From NCBI GenBank assembly GCA_965249835.1, contig CBDFMY010000003.1, positions 1,249,979 through 1,313,978 on the forward strand: 64,000 nucleotides of DNA, given 5' to 3'. The notes under the pieces are model-generated. The model saw only the letters and a list, made by a program, of their open reading frames with translations, made no database searches and had not been told where the DNA came from. Below, in pieces: positions 57,140 to 64,000 of the stretch. Source of the DNA: Candidatus Poriferihabitaceae bacterium (lineage in GTDB: Bacteria > Pseudomonadota > Gammaproteobacteria > Arenicellales > Poriferihabitantaceae). How positions within the stretch are numbered: the stretch's first letter is position 1; each line of letters starts with the position of its first letter. The translations under genes and the position numbers were made by a program.

Positions 57140-58492
57140 ATGCCCACATCCCACGATTTCATCATCCTCGGCGGCGGTAGCGGCGGGATTGCGGCGGCGC
57201 GGCGGGCGGCGGAGTACGGTGCGCGGGTGGTGCTGTTTGAGCCGGGGCGGTTGGGCGGGACCTGCGTGAATGTGGGTTGCGTGCCGAAAAAAGTGATGTG
57301 GAATGCGGCTCAGATTCACCAGGCGTTGGGGCTGGCCGGGGAGTACGGATTTACCGTTGAGGAGCGGGGATTCCACTGGGCGAAGTTGAAAGCGGCGCGA
57401 GATGTATATGTGCGACGGTTGAACCAGATTTACGCGGATAATTTGCAGGCGTCGGATGTGGAATTGATGGCATCGGCGGCGCGGTTTCATGGGCGCAATT
57501 CGGTGGAGGCAAATGGCACGGTTTATTCGGCGGCGCATATTCTGGTCGCCACCGGTGGATGCCCAACGGTGCCGGATGTGCCGGGCATGGAGTTGGCGAT
57601 TACCAGTGACGGGTTTTTTGAATTGGAGGCGCAACCGCAGCGGCCACTGTTGATTGGCGCGGGGTATGTCGCCACCGAGTTGGCCGGGGTACTGCACGGC
57701 ATGGGCAGTCAGGTTGCGATGTTGTTGCGCAAGGACCGATTGTTGCGCGCGTTCGATCGCACACTGGGGGATATGGTGATGGCGCAGATGCTTGCTGCCG
57801 GCGTTGACATTCGCACCGGCGTATTGTGCGAGGCGTTGTTCCGCGCCGCCGATGGCAGCCTCGGTTATCGTGCGGTGGGTGGGGAGTCGGATTCAGGCTT
57901 TGACTGCGTGATTTTCGCCGTGAGTCGCCATCCCAACACCGCCGAGTTGGTGCTGGAAAACGCCGGCATCGCGCCCGGGCGTAATGGTTTTGTCGAAGTG
58001 GATGCGTTCCAGAACACCGAAGCCGCCGGCATCTATGCGGTGGGCGATGTAACTCCCGCCACCCCGCTCACGCCGGTCGCCATCGCCGCCGCAAGACGCC
58101 TCGCCGACCGCTTGTTCGGCGGCCAGTTGGATGCGCGTTTGGAATACGAAAACATCCCCACGGTGGTGTTCAGCCATCCGCCCATCGGCACCGTTGGTCT
58201 TGGCTTCGAACGCGCCGCTGAAGTGTATGGCGAGGAAAATCTACGGGTGTATGAAAGCCGCTTCGTCAACATGCGCTATGCCGTTGCCGAGCACAAACCG
58301 CCGACCGTGGTGAAACTGATCACCACCGGGCCCGAGGAAAAAATCATCGGTTGTCATGTGGTCGGCGACGGTGCTGATGAAATGATGCAGGGGTTCGCGG
58401 TGGCGGTGAAAATGGGCGCGACCAAAGCGGACTTTGATAATACCGTGGCGATACATCCGACCGCGGCGGAAGAGTTTGTAACGATGAGATAA
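57140..58492 (+). CDS. gor: Glutathione-disulfide reductase
   Basis: [21 protein letters not shown], redox-active [14 protein letters not shown]-terminal [12 protein letters not shown]. Confidence 0.85.
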   Translation: MPTSHDFIILGGGSGGIAAARRAAEYGARVVLFEPGRLGGTCVNVGCVPKKVMWNAAQIHQALGLAGEYGFTVEERGFHWAKLKAARDVYVRRLNQIYADNLQASDVELMASAARFHGRNSVEANGTVYSAAHILVATGGCPTVPDVPGMELAITSDGFFELEAQPQRPLLIGAGYVATELAGVLHGMGSQVAMLLRKDRLLRAFDRTLGDMVMAQMLAAGVDIRTGVLCEALFRAADGSLGYRAVGGESDSGFDCVIFAVSRHPNTAELVLENAGIAPGRNGFVEVDAFQNTEAAGIYAVGDVTPATPLTPVAIAAARRLADRLFGGQLDARLEYENIPTVVFSHPPIGTVGLGFERAAEVYGEENLRVYESRFVNMRYAVAEHKPPTVVKLITTGPEEKIIGCHVVGDGADEMMQGFAVAVKMGATKADFDNTVAIHPTAAEEFVTMR

Positions 58493-58935
58493 TCCGCCGG
58501 CGGTTGCGCGTGCCTTTTCGTCGCCATGGTTTATTACGGTTTGTTATGCTGTGTAGTATAGTGTTGCGCATCATCGCTCGATCGCTCACATACTTAATGT
58601 ATTGCTCACTCCCTCGCTCCTCACGCGCCTTGCCTGACAACGAAAAAATCGCCGGGAGCGCCATGAATTGATTGGCGCGAGCGAAGCGAGCCCGAAGGGC
58701 GCGTATCAGGGATGATACGCGCAAAATAGGCGCGCAATTTTGCGCGTGCTCGCGCTTTGCGCGGGGTAAGTTTCCACGCGCCAGTTGATTGGGAGAATAG
58801 AGTAAGTGGGCGTGACAACGAAAGAATCAGTATTCGTCATCCTCGCCGGCAGGCAGAATCCAGTTATTAAACCCAGCGGCGTTAGCCGCTATCATTTCGG
58901 CGGCGAAGCCGCCGGTTTTTCGAACCAGAATTGTA
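58493..58935. repeat. Intergenic repeat block (L-like, B, inverted A, inverted E, C, D modules)
   Basis: Module A is in reverse orientation at 58642-58722 (gaaaaaatcgccgggagcgccatgaattgattggcgcgagcgaagcgagcccgaagggcgcgtatcagggatgatacgcgc). cgaaagaatcagtattcgtcatcctcgccggcaggc (58821-58856) is the reverse complement of 45556-45591. Confidence 0.85.
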
Positions 58936-59019
58936 TAAATTCACTGTTTCGCTGACAGTTTTCCCCGCGACCCCCCCAAACACCGCCAAAACCCTCTCAC
59001 CAAGCGGCTGAAATTCTCC

Positions 59020-59072
59020 TTGACAATTCCCTGTCTGTTTACTTATAGTGTCGAAATGTGGGTAATTGTGGA
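59020..59072 (+). promoter_or_regulatory. Pmra-like promoter with MraZ operator repeats
   Basis: TTGACA (59020-59025)-N18-TATAGT (59044-59049). Three direct GTGKN boxes at an exact 10-bp period: GTGTC 59048, GTGGG 59058, GTGGA 59068. It lies 30-80 nt upstream of mraZ. Confidence 0.55.
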
Positions 59073-59103
59073 TATTTCTCCATAAAATGAACCAAATCTG
59101 ACC

Positions 59104-59562
59104 ATGTTTCGAGGAATACATTCACTGAATCTGGATGCCAAAGGGCGTCTGGCCATTCCGGGGCGATACCGGGATGACCTGACGAAGCGTAGCGGCGGGC
59201 AGATGGTGGTGACGGTGAATAACACCCAGGAGCACTGCCTGTGGTTGTATCCGCTGGATTCATGGCGGGGAGTCCAGCAGAAGGTGATGCGGTTGCCGGA
59301 TTTTGACCCCAATCATCAGAAACTCAAGCGGTTTTTCATCGGCTACGCCAGCGACCTGGAGATGGACAAAAGCGGGCGGGTGCTGTTGCCGGTGCCGCTT
59401 CGCGAGTTTGCGGCGATGAAGCGGGAGATTTGTTTGATCGGTCAGGGCAACAAATTTGAATTATGGAGCGCGGAATTGTGGAACGCACGGCGCGACCAAT
59501 GGTTGCAGGAAAACATGGACATGGAAAAGATTTCGGTGGAAATGGAGCAACTGTCGCTGTAG
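59104..59562 (+). CDS. mraZ: Transcriptional regulator MraZ
   Basis: MFRGIHSLNLDAKGRLAIPGRYRD... with the duplicated SpoVT-AbrB half (DKSGRVLLPVPLREFA). Confidence 0.95.
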   Translation: MFRGIHSLNLDAKGRLAIPGRYRDDLTKRSGGQMVVTVNNTQEHCLWLYPLDSWRGVQQKVMRLPDFDPNHQKLKRFFIGYASDLEMDKSGRVLLPVPLREFAAMKREICLIGQGNKFELWSAELWNARRDQWLQENMDMEKISVEMEQLSL

Positions 59563-59567
59563 TCGGA

Positions 59568-60533
59568 ATGCCACGCGCACTCCATACCAATGGCCACACC
59601 CCGGTGCTGAAAGACGCCGTGATAAACGCCCTCAAAATCCACGCAGACGATCTGGTTGTTGATGCCACCTACGGGCGCGGCGGCCATGCGCGTGCCATCC
59701 TTGCGCACCTTGGCAATGGTGGCCGACTGCTCGCCATTGACCGCGACCCGGCCGCCATCGAGTGCGCACGCCACGACCTCGGTTCGGATTCCCGCGTGGA
59801 AATCATTCACGCGCCGTTTTCCCGACTCGGGGAAATTTTAGCCGAGCGCGGTCTCGGCGGTCGCGTGGCCGGCATGTTGTTTGACTTCGGCGTGTCCTCC
59901 CCTCAACTGGATGAAGCGCAGCGCGGCTTTGGTCTGAAATCCACGGGCCCGTTGGATATGCGCATGGATCCTTCCGATGGGTCGGCCGCCGCCGAATGGT
60001 TGGAAGACGTGGACGAACCGGAACTGGTGAAAGTGTTGCGCAGTTTCGGCGAAGAGCGTTTCGCCCGAAGAATCGCCCGCGCTATCAAGCAAACCCTGGC
60101 GTGCCAGCCGATTACCACTACCACCGAACTCGCCGACCTGGTCGCCGCCGCTTCGCCAACGCGCGAGGTTGGCAAACATCCCGCCACCCGAACCTTTCAA
60201 GCCATTCGCATCGCGGTCAACGACGAACTCGGCGAAGTGCGCAAAGTTCTGCCTCAAGCACTGGCCGGACTTGTCGCCGGCGGGCGACTGGTGATGATCA
60301 GTTTTCATTCGCTGGAAGATCGGCTGGTGAAACGCTTTTTTCGCGAGCAAGCCATCGGCGACCCGTATCCGCCGGACCTGCCGGTTACCGAATCGATGAA
60401 AAATCCCACGCTCAAACGGATTGGCAAACCGCAACGACCCGATGCGCGGGAAGTTGCGCGCAACCGGCGCGCAAGAAGCGCGGTGATGCGGGTTGCCGAG
60501 AAAATCGGGCGTGAGGAGAGAGGTGATTCATAA
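59568..60533 (+). CDS. rsmH: 16S rRNA (cytosine1402-N4)-methyltransferase RsmH
   Basis: HTPVLKDAVINAL, DATYGRGGHA, DFGVSSPQLD, ISFHSLEDRLVK. Confidence 0.95.
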   Translation: MPRALHTNGHTPVLKDAVINALKIHADDLVVDATYGRGGHARAILAHLGNGGRLLAIDRDPAAIECARHDLGSDSRVEIIHAPFSRLGEILAERGLGGRVAGMLFDFGVSSPQLDEAQRGFGLKSTGPLDMRMDPSDGSAAAEWLEDVDEPELVKVLRSFGEERFARRIARAIKQTLACQPITTTTELADLVAAASPTREVGKHPATRTFQAIRIAVNDELGEVRKVLPQALAGLVAGGRLVMISFHSLEDRLVKRFFREQAIGDPYPPDLPVTESMKNPTLKRIGKPQRPDAREVARNRRARSAVMRVAEKIGREERGDS

Positions 60534-60820
60534 TGAATACATCCGGCATCAATAAATGGCTGGTAGTGCTGTGGCTCGCCATCGTGGTAAGTGCCATGGC
60601 CGTGGTCACGGTGCGCCACCAGAACCGTCTGGCTTTCATCGAATGGCGTCAGGTGGAAGCCGAGAAAGTTGAACTGCAATCCGAGCGCGGGCGGTTGATG
60701 TTGGAGAAAGCGACCTGGGCGAGTAGACGAAACATTATGGATGAAGCGCGTCAACGGTTGGGAATGGTGCCGCCACCACCGGATAAAATTATCACGCTCA
60801 CGCTGGAGGCCGGATCGTAG
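60533..60820 (+). CDS. ftsL: Cell division protein FtsL
   Basis: 95 aa, single TM helix (WLVVLWLAIVVSAMAVV) followed by a coiled coil. Position between rsmH and ftsI. Confidence 0.85.
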   Translation: MNTSGINKWLVVLWLAIVVSAMAVVTVRHQNRLAFIEWRQVEAEKVELQSERGRLMLEKATWASRRNIMDEARQRLGMVPPPPDKIITLTLEAGS

Positions 60821-60845
60821 CCGCGCGGCGGCAGATCCAACTCCC

Positions 60846-62603
60846 ATGTCCTCACGCAAAAAAATCAGCAAGCCGCCGGTGTGGCGTCGGCGGTTAATTT
60901 TGACCGCGATGCTGTCGGTGTTCGCGGTGTTGAATTGGCGCGTGGTGGACTTGCAACTCACCCAACACGAACACCTGCAGACGCAGGGTGATGCGCGTTA
61001 CTTACGCATTCTGACGGTGACGCCGGACCGCGGGCGCATTCTTGACCGCAACGGCGAGGTGCTGGCGGTAAGCACGCCGGTGGGTTCGTTGTGGGCCAAT
61101 CCGTCGGAGTTTTGCGCGGCGCAGGCAAGTTGGCAACCGATGCTTGCGTTGGTCAAGCTTACGCAAAAACAACTTCGCGCGGCATGTGACAAACATAACA
61201 ATTCCGACTTCATGTATATCCGGCGGCGGCTGTCACCGATGCTGGCGCAGCAGGTGCGGCAACTCGCCATTCCCGGGGTCGGGGTGCAACAGGAATACAA
61301 ACGCTACTATCCGGGCGGTCCGGCCGGCGCGCATTTGATCGGTTTCACCGATGTGGATGACATTGGCCAGGAAGGGCTGGAACGCACCCACCAGACGCAA
61401 CTCGGCGGTCATCCCGGGCGCATCGGCGTGCTCAAAGATCGAGCCGGGAATTTCGTCGAGCGGGTCGAGAGCCTTCAGCCGGTGCGTCACGGTCGGGATC
61501 TGGTCATCAGCGTTGACCAGCGCATTCAGTCGCTGGCTGGCGATTATCTCGAAGCGGCGGTGCGCAAACATCGTGCCATCGCCGGCAGTGTGGTGGTGCT
61601 GGCGGTTCCCAGCGGCGAGATTCTGGCAATGGTCAACTCCCCCCAGTTCAATCCCAACGACCGCAGCACCATGACTCGTGACGCGTTGCGAAACCGCAGC
61701 GTAACCGATCTCATTGAACCGGGTTCCACGGTCAAACCATTCACCGTGGGCATGGCACTGGAGAGTGATGAGGTGGATGCCGACACGATGGTGGACACCG
61801 CCCCCGGCACCCACCAGATTGGCGGCCACACCATCCACGATGTTCACGACTACGGAAAACTGTCGGTGGCCGATGTGTTGGTGCGATCAAGTAATGTCGG
61901 CGTCACCAAAATCGCCATGGCGTTTCCCTACGACGACCTGTTCGACACGCTGGTTGAAGTCGGTTTCGGGCAACGCGCCGCCGACCTGCCCGGCGAAGTT
62001 GCCGGTGCGCTCAAAAGACGCAATCTCGAGATTGAACACGCTACCTTGTCGTACGGCTATGGCTTCTCGGTTACGCCGTTGCAACTGGCACGCGCCTACA
62101 CCGTGTTCGCCACCGACGGCGTGTTGTTGCCGGTTACGCTAACGCCCAAAGCACCGGGTTATCACGCTGCCGGAACTCGCGTGTTTAGTTCGAAGACGGT
62201 GCGCGCCATCCGCCCCATGCTGGAGCGTGCGGCAAGCCCCGAAGGCACCGCGCGCAAGGCGCGCATTCCGCGCTATCGGGTCGGCGGCAAAACCGGCACC
62301 ATTCACAAATTACACAACGGCACCTATCAGAACAAACGCTATGTGTCGTCGTTCGCCGGCTTCGCACCGGTCTCCGACCCGAAGTTCGTCATGGTGGTGA
62401 CCGTGGATGAACCACGCGGTCAGTTTTATTACGGTGGCGATGTCGCGGCGCCGGTGTTCGCCACCTTGATGAATGACTTGATGCGACTCTACAACATCAA
62501 GCCCGATGCGGCGTTGCATGCCCCGGTTCCGGTTCAGTCTGCGCCTCAGGCGGCAAGCGCGGCAAGCGAGGTAAGCACGGCAAATCAGGAGGGCGACGCA
62601 TGA
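60846..62603 (+). CDS. ftsI: Peptidoglycan D,D-transpeptidase FtsI (PBP3)
   Basis: N-terminal TM anchor, GSTVKPF (SxxK), SSN, KTGT motifs. Confidence 0.9.
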   Translation: MSSRKKISKPPVWRRRLILTAMLSVFAVLNWRVVDLQLTQHEHLQTQGDARYLRILTVTPDRGRILDRNGEVLAVSTPVGSLWANPSEFCAAQASWQPMLALVKLTQKQLRAACDKHNNSDFMYIRRRLSPMLAQQVRQLAIPGVGVQQEYKRYYPGGPAGAHLIGFTDVDDIGQEGLERTHQTQLGGHPGRIGVLKDRAGNFVERVESLQPVRHGRDLVISVDQRIQSLAGDYLEAAVRKHRAIAGSVVVLAVPSGEILAMVNSPQFNPNDRSTMTRDALRNRSVTDLIEPGSTVKPFTVGMALESDEVDADTMVDTAPGTHQIGGHTIHDVHDYGKLSVADVLVRSSNVGVTKIAMAFPYDDLFDTLVEVGFGQRAADLPGEVAGALKRRNLEIEHATLSYGYGFSVTPLQLARAYTVFATDGVLLPVTLTPKAPGYHAAGTRVFSSKTVRAIRPMLERAASPEGTARKARIPRYRVGGKTGTIHKLHNGTYQNKRYVSSFAGFAPVSDPKFVMVVTVDEPRGQFYYGGDVAAPVFATLMNDLMRLYNIKPDAALHAPVPVQSAPQAASAASEVSTANQEGDA

Positions 62604-64000
62604 ATCCGCAAACTCGCCCGATCAACTTGCGCGGCGGGTGTAAGACACCGCCGATCAAGTCCCTCGGCGCATTGCTTGCCGGGTTGGCAACGGTAACGCC
62701 GCATAACGAACGCGGCATCAAAGGCATCAGTCTCGACAGTCGGCGGGTCAATGCCGATGACTTGTTCCTCGCCGTGCCCGGTGAGACTTGCGATGGACGC
62801 GACCACATCAAGCAAGCGATACAAAACGGTGCGGCGGCGGTGGCTTGTGAAAAATTTCGAATTGCCGGTGGTCGGGGAAATGAATGGAGCAATGAATGGA
62901 GCAATGATCGACACGCACATGGAGTGCCGAGTTTTGACATCGCCGGTCTTAAGAAAAACATCGGTGTCATCGCCGACCGCTTTTATGACCATCCTTCGGC
63001 GCGCATGCAACTCATCGGCATTACCGGCACCAACGGCAAAACCACCTGCGCCTATCTGCTGGCCCAGGCACTGCACCGCCGCGGCCAACGTTGTGCGTTA
63101 CTGAGCACCATCGGCAGCGGCTTCGTCGACCAGTTGGAACCGGCAACGCTGACCACCGTCGATGCCATCGCCACCCACCGCAAGTTGGCGGAGTTGCTGG
63201 CGGCCGGTGCCGAAGCGGTGTGCGTGGAAGTGTCGTCCCACGGGCTGGAGCAGGGGCGGGTCAATCAAGTAGCGTTTGATGTGGCATTGCTGACCAACTT
63301 AAGCCGCGATCATCTCGACTATCACCACAGCATGGAGCGCTATGCTCGCGCCAAGCGCAAACTGTTTCGCTTTGACCGACTGCAAAGCGTGGTGGTCAAT
63401 GTGGATGACGCGTTTGGCAGACGATTGCTGCGCGAGCACACCGCCGAGCAATGTTTCGGCTACGGCATCCGAGACGGCGACCTGCGCCCGCACGACCTGC
63501 AATTAAATGAAAACGGTATCGCCTTTGCGGTGGAATACCGCGAACAAACCGCGACCATCCGCTCGCCCCTGATTGGCGCGCTCAATGTTTTCAACTTATT
63601 GGCGGTCATCGCCACGCTACTCGCCTGCGGCCACGACCTTGACCGCATCGCCGCTGTCATTAGCCAATGCGGTGCGCCGCCCGGACGCATGGAGTTGCTA
63701 CGCAAAGACGCATCCCAACCCGCGGTGGTGGTGGACTACGCCCACACCCCGGACGCGTTGCAGCAGGCATTGTCTTGTTTGGCTGCGTTGTGCCGAGGGC
63801 GGCTGTGGGTGGTGTTTGGTTGTGGCGGCGACCGCGACCGCGGCAAGCGTCCGCAGATGGGCAAGGTGGCTGAGCGTTTCACCGACCGCGTGATCATCAC
63901 CGATGACAACCCGCGCACCGAGAATCCGAATGACATCGCCGCGCACATATGCAAGGGCATGACAAGGGGCATGCAGGACCAAGTCGTGGTGATCCACGAC
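62600..64000 (+). CDS. murE: UDP-N-acetylmuramoyl-L-alanyl-D-glutamate--2,6-diaminopimelate ligase MurE (3' end outside window)
   Basis: Not in the ORF track (no stop before the window end). The ATG at 62600 overlaps the ftsI stop. GITGTNGKTT, DYAHTPDAL, GCGGDRDRGKRP, TDDNPR. The frame stays open to nt 64000. Confidence 0.9.
   Translation, partial: MNPQTRPINLRGGCKTPPIKSLGALLAGLATVTPHNERGIKGISLDSRRVNADDLFLAVPGETCDGRDHIKQAIQNGAAAVACEKFRIAGGRGNEWSNEWSNDRHAHGVPSFDIAGLKKNIGVIADRFYDHPSARMQLIGITGTNGKTTCAYLLAQALHRRGQRCALLSTIGSGFVDQLEPATLTTVDAIATHRKLAELLAAGAEAVCVEVSSHGLEQGRVNQVAFDVALLTNLSRDHLDYHHSMERYARAKRKLFRFDRLQSVVVNVDDAFGRRLLREHTAEQCFGYGIRDGDLRPHDLQLNENGIAFAVEYREQTATIRSPLIGALNVFNLLAVIATLLACGHDLDRIAAVISQCGAPPGRMELLRKDASQPAVVVDYAHTPDALQQALSCLAALCRGRLWVVFGCGGDRDRGKRPQMGKVAERFTDRVIITDDNPRTENPNDIAAHICKGMTRGMQDQVVVIHD

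Overview
64-kb chromosomal window from a GC-rich gammaproteobacterium. It is probably a chemolithoautotrophic sulfur oxidiser; that is an inference from a qmoA-qmoB-hdrC-hdrB operon plus an H+-pyrophosphatase (hppA) next to a PPi-dependent phosphofructokinase (pfp). All family calls come from reading motifs in the supplied translations and DNA; no database search was possible.

Conserved core blocks:
- dolP-diaA-yraN-lpoA / rsmI
- hemJ, gpsA-secB-rhodanese, ctpA-like protease, dapF-DUF484-xerC
- hppA, pfp operon, qmoAB-hdrCB, argE, folK/folP fusion
- rpmH-rnpA-yidD-yidC-mnmE ... mnmG
- hemW, ParA-like ATPase, gor
- start of the dcw cluster: mraZ-rsmH-ftsL-ftsI-murE

Three layers of non-core material sit on this backbone.

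1. Visibly AT-rich accessory islets:
- 1-2711: helicase-nuclease, cut by the window edge
- 7562-8470: orphan methyltransferase (MTase)
- 24059-26620: HTH protein, zeta-toxin-like kinase, DUF4268 protein
- 29240-32100: IS fragments, LysR regulator, DMT transporter
- 35812-39218: two restriction-modification-type cassettes inside the qmo/hdr operon
- 40960-42600: decayed restriction-modification (R-M) system

2. A modular, hairpin-containing intergenic repeat family at seven or more loci. It often starts within a few nt of a stop codon.

3. Two IS30-type right-end remnants, each just upstream of an operon (qmoA, rpmH).

Most notable structure: a 331-bp copy of the qmoB 3' end recurs 2055 bp downstream and is fused to an hdrC-like start. 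That is the joint expected from a duplication or Campbell-type event. As a result, two different MTase cassettes (gamma-MTase plus a putative PD-(D/E)xK nuclease; beta-MTase-HNH fusion) sit in tandem between qmoB and hdrC. hdrC now starts 1 nt after the MTase-HNH stop codon. A smaller analogue, a 37-bp duplication of the gene end, occurs at the 3' end of hppA.

A MotA/ExbB-like plus MotB/ExbD-like pair with a roughly 250-aa coiled coil is wedged between mnmE and mnmG. It is a second candidate for an undescribed system.

No tRNA, rRNA or CRISPR array was found.
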